A stretch of DNA of 64,000 bases from Yuukianura sp. NJ FZ-2021 (taxonomy: Eukaryota), in contig CM102286.1 in assembly GCA_046563655.1 (NCBI GenBank), positions 1,426,001 to 1,490,000 of the forward strand. Reading direction: 5' to 3'. Under the pieces are notes generated by a model. It saw nothing but the letters and a program-made list of their open reading frames with translations. It was not told the origin of the DNA and ran no database searches. Made by a program: the position numbers and the translations under genes. Shown in pieces: positions 17,313-28,314 of this stretch. Each line of letters starts with the position of its first letter. Position 1 is the first letter of the stretch.

Positions 17313-19809
17313 ATGCCAGCCAGAGCCCAAACAAAGTTCACCTTCCACCGCGATTGTCAACAAGCAACACTTGAACCGATTCAAGGATCTATAATCACAG
17401 GTAAAACATCGTTTTAAATATGATTCTATATTAACTTTTTTTAATTTAAATTAATTGAATGTCCCAAGGTAATGTCTTCTGAATTCAAATTTTACTTGAC
17501 AGGTCAAATTCCAAAATGGTTGGAGGGAACGCTGATTCGAAATGGCGCCGGAATTCAAACGGTGGGAACAGACCGGTATCACCATTTCTTCGATGGACTA
17601 GCAATCCTCCATCGTTTTCACATTCACGATGGAAAAGTAATTAAACAATAAATATAATAATTAAAACAATACTATAGTTCATTTTTTTATTCTGTGCAGT
17701 TGGTAAAATCAATTGCATTGTCGCTCTTATGGAGATTTTCATTTTTTTGAAAACACAACCACCATGCTGTTTACATGGCGTTTTCCGAAAAATCGAAAAA
17801 CACAATGTTAATCGTCCATAAGGCGATTGGAACAGTCCAACTGCACAGAATAAAAAAATGAACTATAAAACTAATTTGTTATGATGAGTTAATTGTTGTG
17901 TTTAATTAAAATTCAAGGTAACTTACAACAGTAGACCACTCGAAAGTGATTCGTACAAAAAGAACATGGCGGCGGGAAAAATTGTTGTCAGCGAATTCGG
18001 AACTCTGGGAGAGCCTGACCCATGTGACTCTCTATTTTCAAAGTAATTAGAATCAAAATTTCAAAAATTGACAATTCTAAAAAAAAGAAGAAAATTTTAA
18101 ATTTTTTAACAAAAGATGCTTGTTTGAACAGATTCAAAAGTGAGTTTACTGGTGAAGAGAAGCAGGAATCTCGCGACACTCCAACAGACAACTGCAATGT
18201 CAACGTGTGTTATTTTGGGGATCAACTCTACGCCATGACAGAAACTATGTTCGTTCGCCGCATCAGTCCAAAAAGTTTGAAAACTATAGGCGGGAAAACA
18301 AATTTGCAAAATTATTTGCCAATTGAACAAGCCTCTGCACATCCTCATGTTCTCCCTGATGGAACTGTCATCACAATTGGCACAAACTACAGACACATAC
18401 GTGGTCCACACTACACAGTCATCAGCACTCCGCCTACCTTTAATACAGAACGCAAGTTTTTCAAAATTATGAAATTCAAAAAAAGCAAGGTCCAATTTTC
18501 TGAAAAGGTTTTTTCCTTGACTCAGGTCTGGTTTTTGAAAATTCGAAAGTTGTTGCTGAAATTCCGAGTCGTTGGAAATTATACCCTGCGTACATACATT
18601 CATTTTCTTTGGCGGGTGACAAAGTCGTTTTTGTGGAGCAGCCATTTTGTTTTAGTTTTCCGAAATTTTTTTTGAACTTCATCAAGCGTGCACCATTTGA
18701 GTCTATGTTTCAATGGTGGTCTAATCAAACAGTAAGTTCAAGATTTTAGTGAAATCGAAACACAAGTTTTTATATAAAACAATTTTGAAAATCAAATTTT
18801 GAATCGTTGGCTTTTGAATTTTTAGACTAGAATTCATGTAGTGTCGACTGTAGATGAAAAGCGACACAAAATTATTTACGAAACCAAAAATTTGTTTATG
18901 CTACATCAAGTCAATGCTTACGAAGAAGATGGACATATCGTCCTAGACGTTTCTGCTTTCAACGACGGCAATGTAAGCGTAACGTTTCTAATTTTTTTTT
19001 TTAATTTTAAATTTTTTAAAATAAAATTTTATAAAATTTTGAGTAACTTTTGGTGTGCATGATAGTTCGTAAAAGCCGCTCTGGGAAACAACAATGTCGA
19101 ATGTGATATTCGAAATTCCTTCAGACGCTACGTTTTGCCTCTCAAAATTCCAAAGGTAAGAGTACATTGTTAAATTTTTGATTATTGTAGCACTGAAGTG
19201 TTTCCTGCGCAGGATGGCTGCGCAGCTGACCAGAATTTGGTCCAATTGGAGTCGAGTAAGGCACAAGCCAAACTGCGACATGGCACAACCAACGTGGTTG
19301 ACCTTGACCCCGAGGTCATCCTGAACTCCTTTTTTGAATTCCCCAAAATCAACTATGAATTCAATGGAAAAAAGTATCGCTATGCCTATGGAGCTTCGTT
19401 CATCCACAGTCAACCTCTAGATTCTCGAGCACTTTTGGATCCAAATCAAGTAAAATTTGAAAATTCAAAAAAAAGACAAAAAAAAAACAATATTTTTTTT
19501 TTAATTTCAAAGATTTCCAAAGTTGATTTGGATCGACGAGAGGTGATTTCATGGGCAGCAGGAGAGGGGGAGGTTGTTTCCGAACCCATTTTTGTTCTAA
19601 ATCCACTTTTAGAAAATCCGGCGGAAGACGATGGCGTTCTGCTTGTGTCTCTGCTGCATTTGGAAGATGAGAGAAAAGTGACATTGGTCATTCTGGATGC
19701 AAAAACTATGGAAGTGGTGAGCAAAGTTGAATTCAAGGCTGTTGGCGTCGTTTCATCAACGTTGCATGGAAAATGGGCTCAATTTGGACATAAAATACAC
19801 AAATACTAA
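17313..19809 (+). CDS. Carotenoid cleavage oxygenase, copy C, 9 exons
   Basis: Same exon structure and motifs ([35 protein letters not shown]). Intron 4 donor is GC at 18452. A MITE sits in intron 2. Confidence 0.88.
17675..17865. mobile_element. MITE with TA target-site duplication (Tc1/mariner-like) in intron 2 of oxygenase C
   Basis: Perfect ~29-bp terminal inverted repeats TAGTTCATTTTTTTATTCTGTGCAGTTGG ... CCAACTGCACAGAATAAAAAAATGAACTA flanked by TA. The empty site (aatacTAaaactaatttg) is present in copies A and B. Confidence 0.9.
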
Positions 19810-20061
19810 TTTCGTAAGTTAGCAAGAAATATTTACTTACTGTAAACGTAGATACAATTGCTTAATTCAATTAAAATTAAAGTACAAAAACTTCACTTAG
19901 AGAATTTTGTCATTGAATTTCTTATTTCAGTCCAACTTGTTTAGTCATATTAGTAAAATTAAGTTTAAATTAAATTAAATTAAGTTAAAATTAAGTACAA
20001 TATGTTAAAAAAAGTAAAAAAATTAGTGTCAATAGTATTAAAATTTTTCCAAAAACAGTTT

Positions 20062-21383
20062 TTAGTCCACAAGTTTAACGAAACCGGCCGATTGATGCCG
20101 AGTGGAGCTTGACAAAAAGCGATTGTTTCCATCAATCACTGCTTCCGAAATATCCAAAAATTTAACTAACTGTGGATCGTGTGCAAACTTTTCAAGAAGT
20201 GAATCACGCAAAACCAAAAAATCATCAATTTCGTCACTGATGAGGACACACATTTGGTCAACGGCAGTCTCCAGCGGAATGCCTTTTTCCACCACTTTGA
20301 AAACAACCAAGTTGTCCATTTCGTTTTTTCCAAATTCGTTTTGCATTCCAAGTAAATCATTCGTGAGTCCACAAATGGAATTGACGAGATCCAGCAGTCT
20401 CCGAATACTTGAACAGTTTTTGATCCTTCCAGGAAGATCAGTTTGTCCACTCTCCAAAATCCAGCTAGTGATTACACAGATGTCAAAGTAGTTTAAAATC
20501 ATGCGATAGTTTCGATAACTTTCTTCTTGACATGATCCATCAATTGGACAAGCAGCGTTGCGCACCATGGCATTAAAGTATCTTTGAAGGGAAAATTCAA
20601 TTTGTCCGCCCATTTTATCTCGATATCCAGGATAAAGTGATTCAAACTCGAGATAAGAATCTTGAAAAGCGTGAAATAAGAAACCATAAATTGGAAATTG
20701 TGGAACATCTACAAAGATTTGGCGGTGATTTCGAATGAGCTGAATTAATCCGATGGTGGCAGTTTGAATCACGGTGGCAGGGACTGTTAAAACGGCCTCT
20801 TCCATGGCATTATCCAAAATATAGTAAGTGTAGCCCATTTTTAGCGCCATTTTCATTCGAATACTCTCCATTTCCTGGAATGGATACACCACAGCTTGAA
20901 ACTGGGTCAGAACTTCTTCCATTCCACTGAAAAGTTTTGAATTTGAGTTGTTCCCGATGAACCTTTCAACCCAATCCTTCAGAAATTTCTTCATAATTTC
21001 CATTTCTTGAGAAGTGATGACCTTGGCGCGTTCAAATCGTGGTTGAATTCGAGGAAATTGACCTTTGACATGAACAGTTCCAAAGTGTTGGTTCGTAAGT
21101 TTTCCAAAATCAAATTCAACTCTTCCCGCCAGCGGCTTTTTACAGAATTCGTTGGACACTAGAAACCCAAAAGTACAATTTTTGACATTGTGTTCGGAGA
21201 ACTTTTAAAAATGTTATCCTTACCTTGTATTGCTGCACTTTTGTTAAAATTTTGTTCAAACAAGTTTGGTTTTGAAAGTGGAATTTGATACTTTCCAGTA
21301 CTCCGCATAGTGAAATTTGAGTAAGCAAAATGCTTCAAATTGGTCAAACAATTCAACAAAGTGAATCGCTTCATTTGGTTCAT
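20062..21383 (-). CDS. Class I terpene cyclase-like protein (microbial-type, single alpha domain), copy 1; exons 21383-21224 and 21158-20062
   Basis: Asp-rich motif variant YYILDNAMEE; pyrophosphate-sensor Arg (YRNYR) about 48 aa before the NSE-type motif NDLLGMQNE; downstream DNLV; C-terminal RH at the RY position. A 65-nt GT-AG intron joins AAIQ|VSNEFC in frame. Confidence 0.8.
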
Positions 21384-21848
21384 ATTTTAGAACTTTTTTA
21401 GTGCTAAATATGTTCACTTTGACTTTGATGCTGCTTACAGTTGGACTTTGTTTAAAAAACTGAAAATGGAACTTATGATTTAGGACAACAACCTTCTTCC
21501 TTCACTTATCTAAGGCTTATAATATTTTTCAACTTCAATTATTCTTCTTTCAAAACCCTAAACTTAGCTAGTTTTTTTTTTGTACAACCCCTATTTCAAA
21601 AAAAGAGTTTGCTTAAAAAAAAGATGCGTTCAAGGAACCTAACGACTTTTTTGTAACTTCGAAGCCCTTGACTTTGAATTTTAAAGATTGAAGTGAATTT
21701 CCAAAGGAAATTTGAATAAAGACATTTCAAATTCTATTTTGGGATAGGTTAGCGTCGTATATTTCAAAACTAATTTAAATTTGGCGCTTGCGTCAATAAG
21801 CAAGAAATGTTTAATTTATTAATAACAACTTATTTTATTACTAATAAA

Positions 21849-22190
21849 TTTTTTTTTTTTTTTTTTTTTAGTTTTCTGAGAATTTTTATTTCACAGTCAC
21901 CTGCCAAAGGCAGGTTGAGAAAAGAAGTAGGATTTAAATTAGATTATAATATGAATAATTCGTAAAGATCTTTTCCTGAGGGTAAGGTTCCCAAGATTGA
22001 GCAGGAATTTCCGCGTTGAACAGCTAGGCTTATTCGTTGTAGGAAGAAGGTCGTGGCTCGTTTATCTCCAGATGTTTCTGACAGCCGATGTCCGATTTGT
22101 TTTAGTAGACGAAGACCTTCGGATCCGAATACACCTGATGTCTCGACGGCAATGATGGATACCACGAAGCGAGATTCTAGGTCACGATAG
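21849..22190 (-). mobile_element. 5'-truncated non-LTR retrotransposon (CRE-like, restriction-like endonuclease C-terminus) with poly(A) tail
   Basis: Peptide YRDL...IAVETSGVFG...FLQRISLAVQRGNS.SILGT, then AATAAA (21890-21885) and a 21-nt poly(A) (T-run 21849-21869). Candidate TSD TAATAAA at 21842-21848 and 22191-22197. Confidence 0.8.
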
Positions 22191-22218
22191 TAATAAATAA
22201 TAAATAATTATTCTTACT

Positions 22219-23453
22219 TTAGTCAATTATTTTAATCAAACCGTTAGACTTATGCCGGTCAGATGCTGCAAAATATCGATTGTTTCCATCAATCACTGCT
22301 TCTAAAATATCCAAAAATTTAACTAACTGTGGATCGTAAGCAAATTTATGAAGAAGTGAATCACGCAAAACCAAAAAATCATCAATTTCGTCGCTGAGGA
22401 GAACACACATTTGGTCAACGGCAGTCTCCAGCGGAGTGCCTTTTTCAACCACTTTGAAAATAACCAAGTTGTCCATTTCGTTTTTTCCAAATTCGTTTTG
22501 CATTCCAAGTAAATCATTCGTGAGTCCACAAATGGAATTGACGAGATCCAGCAGTCTCCGAATACTTGAGCAGTTTTTGATTCTTCCAGGAAGATCAGTT
22601 TGTCCACTCTCCAGAATCCAGCTTATGATGGCACTGGTATCATAGTATTCCAATGCAACACGGTAATTTCTGTAAGATTCTTCCTGAGAAGTACCGTCAA
22701 TTGGCGACACAGCATAGCGGAGTATTGCATTCAAGTATCGCTCAATTGAAAATTCAAATTGCCCCATTTTGTTTTGGTATCCAGGATAAAGTTTTTCAAA
22801 ATCTTGATGTAAATCCAGTAAGGATTGGAACAAAAAACTGTAAATTGGAAATGCTGGAACATCTTCGTAAATATGAGCTGGGTTTCGAATTAATTGAAGG
22901 ATTCCTTGCGTGGCAGATTCAAGCACTGTGGCAGAAACTGTTTCAATGGCATTTTCCATTGCATTATCTAAAATCCACGACCAGTAGACCGATTTTAGCG
23001 CCATTTTGAGCTCGGTGCTTTTAATCTCCGGAAATGGATACAAAAGAGGAACGAAAATTGCCGCCGTTTCTACCATGCCGTCGAAGAATTTGGAATTTGT
23101 TCGATTTTGAATGAATTTGTCAGTCCAACGACCCAAGTATGACTGCAAGTACTGCTGTTCTACTGGGTTGACCTCGTAACGTTGATACCTTCCTTGTATC
23201 CGAGGAAATTGACCTTTGACATGAACCGTCCCAAAACGTGGGTTTGTTAGGCGCCCAAAGTCAAATTCAACTTTTCCTGCCAACTGCCTTCTGCAAAACT
23301 CATTTGCAACTGAAAATAATAAAAACCAATTTTTTTTAATACAGTACCCAGGATTGATTACAACAATGCCAAAAATAACGTACATATAAAGTTATAAAAA
23401 TTAAAACACTTTTTTAAAGTTACTTTTTTTTAACCTTTTCTTGCCACCGACAT
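22219..23453 (-). CDS. Class I terpene cyclase-like protein, copy 2; main exon 23309-22219, tentative short first exon 23453-23435
   Basis: SWILDNAMEN, YRNYR, NDLLGMQNE, DNLV, YFAASDRH. The acceptor TTTTCAG|TTGCAAAT is at the same position as in copy 1. The first exon (MSVARK) is uncertain. Confidence 0.8.
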
Positions 23454-24092
23454 TCCTTTACACTTTACGTTTTGTATTAAAACACATGTGGTTGATTAGT
23501 TTTCATTTTTCGGATGTACTCCAGTTGTGGAATCTATTTTTATTGAGAACAATATCCAAGCTTTTCAAACATGTGGTTGATTTTTCAAAAAAAAAAAAAA
23601 TGAAATCGTTTTCTTCAGAATAGCATGGTTTAAATATGACCAAAAATGCACCAAGCAGTGATCATTTTAGATAAGTTAATGACTTTAGTAATTAAGAAAA
23701 TTCATTTGCTAATTACCCTGAACACAAAATCATTAACGCCAACAATTACTTTTGGGTTCGATATTATTGTATCAAGGAAGGATTCCAGATAGAAAATGCG
23801 GCTTACAAGTTCCTTAGATCCAGTTAGTTAACTTACGATTAACTTACGATTAGTTAACGTTTGATTAATTCGTCATGAATTTTAGAATTCTTAAATAAAT
23901 TAAAAGTGTTGATTTTTTTCCCCAGGAAAATCCATATCTGACAAAATGACAGTTACAGAAGAGAAGCTTTTAGTCCAACTCAAAAACATGTGGAATGGAA
24001 TCTTAGAAACGTAAATAAACAACGTTGAAAACTCATAGTAACCGGCTTTTATACCACATTCGAAATCGTAGGTAGGAAGGAAGAGATCAATC

Positions 24093-26707
24093 ATGAATTC
24101 ATTAGAGGAACGGATGGAATTAATTAAGCAGAAAAGTAGCAACGAGGAACAGCAAGGGCGGAATCCAAAGGAGTTGGTAAGTGTCTTCGTTTATAAAACG
24201 TTTTTGAGGATAACAGCAATTTAATAGCCTGTTTATTAATAACCCAATAGACTCAAGTGAGGCGGACGGGAGACTGGAGTGCGGATTCCAAATTGTGTTC
24301 AATCAACAATGGTTGGTGGGATGATCCATTCTTTCAACGATTAAATATCGGCTGGGATTCGGATTTTGTTCCAACTCCGCGCCGAACATCACTAATCTGT
24401 TTTGGTTACTTCGTTCGCTTTCGAGTTTGCGACTACTTTTTGCGACAATTCTTGTCTTGTACCAACGAACCAGTACAGGTTGAATACTTTTTATTGTGTC
24501 CGTTAATTTTAATGAACTTTAATGCGGCTCGTAACTGTTGCTTTCATTTAGATTGTTTCCTTGGGATGTGGACTGGACAGTTTATATTTTCGACTCCTCG
24601 AAAAGCATGGGGAAAACATTTCAAAATTTTTTGACTTTGACTATCCTACTGTCATTTTTAAGAAAAACGAGACTATAGAAAATGACCCAATGTTGTATAA
24701 ATTGGCAAAAACGAAATTGGTCTTTGTACCGGCAGATCTACGGTTTATTCATACAACTGGTTCGGATTTATTACGATCACAAGGATTCGACTTCAACGCA
24801 CCAACAATTTTCTACTCCGAATGCGTAGTCAATTATCTCCAGCCCGAAGAGTAAGAGGTTTAGTCTCACTAGTGCAGTACTAGTTGAGCATTAGCACTAC
24901 TTTTGGTTGCGATAACCATGCTCGATTCAGGCAAGAAACATTTCATTGAAGGTGTATTTGTTATATTATTTAGGAGTGATCATATTATACGCTGGATAAG
25001 CGAAAACGTTCCGAGAAGTATCTACTTCGCTTACGAACAAGCCAATCCGCTCGACTCTTTTGGCAGGATCATGACGAAACACTTTGAGAAAAATGGTTGT
25101 CCGATTCACTCGGTCCATTCCAATGGAACTCTCGAGGAACAACGTCTCCGGTTACAACGACACGTACGACGTCCAATTCTTTTTTCCATACATTGAATCA
25201 ATAGTTTATCATCATTTTTTTTAATTGCAGAAATTCCATCACAGCTTTGCAATCAATGCTTGGGACGCTTTCAGCGTAATAATTAAAACCGAATCAAATC
25301 CTGTTCCAGGTCGGGTATCTTTTGATGAATTCGAACCTCTCATCGCCACATCTCTTCACTTCTCTGTTCGAATCGGAATCACAGAGCAAATGAGCTTCAC
25401 ACCCGAAGATCATCCGCCGCGGTTTCTCATGCCATTCACTCTATTCAGTCAGAAGCCATTGGTAGGACTACGTACCGCTTTGAGCATTGACAACATCAGA
25501 GGATTTACGTTTAAAAGTGACCTGAAGATCTCAGGTCATACAAGTGTAGCTGTAGGCAACAGTATATGGCTCATCGGAGGAAGAAATCAAGCATCAGTGT
25601 TACAGTTCCGGATTGCCAGGATTAGTTGCTCCCTGTCAGCTGATGGATTTCACGTTACGTCTACGTTAATGAACGAAAACGATGCTCTAGCCAGAAGTTA
25701 TAGTGGTGCTGCATACTGTGCAAGTACAGACACTGTTTTCGTTTTTGGTGGAAGAAAGTCTCCAGCGTCTCCAGTTCTGAGCAGTATTCGAATTTCAAAA
25801 GCCTCTTCAGACTCCCCGGTTGTAAACGTTCATGTGCGTGACTCTGATGCCATTACGCCTTTTCCATCATGGCGCTTCGCTGTAACTGAGTACATAGATG
25901 ACGAAGCTGGACTCTCAGGCGTATTTGTCCTCGGTGGAAAATCTGACGACGTAAGTAAAACGTTTTCGTTTCCGAAAGTGTTAGATAGACTTAAGCTGTG
26001 ATTGTAATTTTATACTGGTTTTGATTTTCAGTTAAACTACGACATTCACAAGATGAGGCACAGATACCTCTGGCATCGACCGATGGATAACTTAGCAGAT
26101 CAGGGTTGGTCTGGTATGGAATTGTATCCTTCGGAAAAATTTCCCTCTCCAAGGCATTCCCATGCCATGTGCGCCTGCCCATTACGATATTCCATTTTTG
26201 TCGTTGGAGGAATTTCAGCGGTTGGAAACGGTACAACGCTGTGTGAAGATTCACTTTGGGAGTACAGTTTCAGACGACTAGGCTGGATTCGATGGAGTGA
26301 ATTTGAAGGCTTCGGAAGAAAAGTTGGACATAAAGTGGTATGGCACGGTGACCTTTTGCATATCATCGGTGGTTACGGTAACGACCGAGACTGTAACCTA
26401 GAAACGTTTATTACAACGGTCAACTTCGAAACTAAGAAAGTTCAGGAATTTGAACTGGTAAGATCAAGAGAATCTTTGATAATTTTTCAAAAACTTCCTT
26501 TTTTTTAAAACTTTTTCTGAAAATTGAACTTAGGAATTGCCTCGACCAACTTTGTTTCTACCGTTCGACTTTTCTGCTCACGTGATCCGACCAAACGGAA
26601 GTGACGATGACTGTTTAGTGGTGCTCGGTGGTGGTGGAAACTGTTTTTCATTCGGCTCTCACTACAACACGGAATGTTTTCTGTTCAAACTTCCTCTCGA
26701 GCCGTAA
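24093..26707 (+). CDS. LCMT2: tRNA wybutosine-synthesizing protein 4 / leucine carboxyl methyltransferase 2, multi-exon
   Basis: LCM domain (RRTSLICFGYFVR, QIVSLGCGLDSLYFRL, FDFDYP, ECVVNYL, YEQ...DSFGRIM, FDEFE), then Kelch repeats (LIGG, VFGGR, PRHSH..VVGG) and terminal GGGGNCFSFG. Confidence 0.88.
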
Positions 26708-26857
26708 ACATCAAAGCATAGATCAACAAAAAATATTTTATATTTTTCGTAAAAGTTTGCTGAACAATTGTAATTCTTGTTTCTGAAGTATGTATTAGAT
26801 AAAATGGACTATTTTCGGTAAAGCACCTTTCAGTATTTCTAGTTTCTGCTAAGCATC

Positions 26858-28091
26858 TTAAAGTCCTATCCAATCTTTTAGTAGATCATGAGCTATCGGG
26901 CCTCTTGGAGGGATAAGCAGAGCATCGCCAGTATTCTTGATTAGCAACTTCGGATTATTGACAATTCTATGATACGCTTGGGTTACTTCTTCCTTGGTAA
27001 ACCACTTGGCGTCGTCCAATTCCGACTTGTCAATGTCCAACTAAAATTAGATCAACTTAAGTTAAGTATGAAGTAATCAAAAAAGTTAATCCGTTAATCG
27101 TACGTTGTTTTTGTGTGTAAGTTTCTAGGTTTTACCGTTGTGGAGTTTTCCATCGCTTTTGTTGTACAGCCCAGCATCAGCGTATTCTGTGGAAGCGGCC
27201 ATGTTTGAGACCCGAAGAACTTAACTTCGCCTACAACAATTCCAACTTCTTCTGCAACTTCTCGTCTCACTGCTTCTTCCAAGGATTCGCCTGCAAAAAT
27301 ATCACAGTAATTGATAAGCGTCGCGCTGAAAATACTTCGCCCGCGAAACAAAAATTCAAAGCATTCATGTACCGGCTTCCAGGAATCCAGCGACACAAGA
27401 GTAAATTCCGGAAGGATGTTGACGATTTCTTGCCAGCAGAACTTTTTGTCCAGTGGGATCTTCAATTCGTGTAATTGCTACTGGATGAGTAACTGGATAA
27501 TGATGGTTTCCTTTACTACATGAATTGCAAGTCAACATTGTTCCAGCAACTTTTCTCTTGAGTGGCGAAGCACAAGTGGAGCAGTACTTCATCCGTCCCA
27601 ACCAATTTAGTAACGAGTATCCTCTGGATACAGTTCCAGCTTCTTTCGGAAATAAGCTGAGACAAGCTGTTCTCATTTCTGTAAACTTGGAACCCTGCGG
27701 GATGTCATCAGCTGATACGTCGATACTCGTTGGACAAGCAAACAGTGCAGTGTTCTCTTCACTCTCTTCTTCAATCCCAAGCAAAGCAGCTCTAGTCGTG
27801 AAATCTTCTCCGCAAAAAGGTAAGGTTTCTGTTCAAAAACACCAAATCTTAGCTAAGTACGTCCAACTTAGCAAGTATTTTACAAGTATCTCTACCTTTG
27901 TAACTAGTGAACGTAATGGATACGCCAGGAGGTGCACCGCCAAAAGTCAAAAGAGGTTTGCCATCGGAGAACATGAGGAACTTCCCAGTTTGAAATGCTT
28001 GCGAGCAGAGGTCGTCATTTTGCTTTAGCTGTTCCAAATACTTGCACTGTGTGACGTACCGTGCCATTCTTCCAATACTCCAGCTTCTCAT
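26858..28091 (-). CDS. NUDT13: NAD(P)H pyrophosphatase, NUDT13/NudC-like, multi-exon (5' end approximate)
   Basis: Zn ribbon CSTC...[40 protein letters not shown] (Nudix box), [25 protein letters not shown]. No ankyrin N-terminus is seen, which favours NUDT13 over NUDT12. Confidence 0.82.
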
Positions 28092-28314
28092 TCAGGACAG
28101 CTCCGATCGACTGCAATAAATCAGAAGTCAGAAGTGTTAGCTGATGGTATGAATTGAGAAATAGCTTGTAGACTAAACTGAACCCAGTTGCAGATTGCAG
28201 ATCTTATCTTTAGATTTGTCTTTTATTTTGCTCTAATGACGACATTTCAGTCTACAGATTTGGTGATCACTGATCACTGACGAAAATTCTAACAAGATCA
28301 TGACGAAACGTATA

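Noticed and set aside
20062..23385. Bacterial contamination or chimeric assembly for the long single-exon cyclase ORFs
   Set aside because: Both have a spliceosomal acceptor at the same 5' position, AT-rich composition like the host, and a poly(A) retroelement between them.
24093..26707. Methyltransferase as a tailoring enzyme of the cluster
   Set aside because: The LCM plus Kelch architecture with GGGGNCFSFG identifies housekeeping TYW4/LCMT2, a tRNA modification enzyme.
26858..28091. Nudix hydrolase as a member of the terpene cluster (prenyl-diphosphate phosphatase)
   Set aside because: It has the Zn ribbon and SQxWP signature of NADH pyrophosphatases (NUDT13/NudC), is single-copy and intron-rich, and is separated from the cluster by LCMT2.
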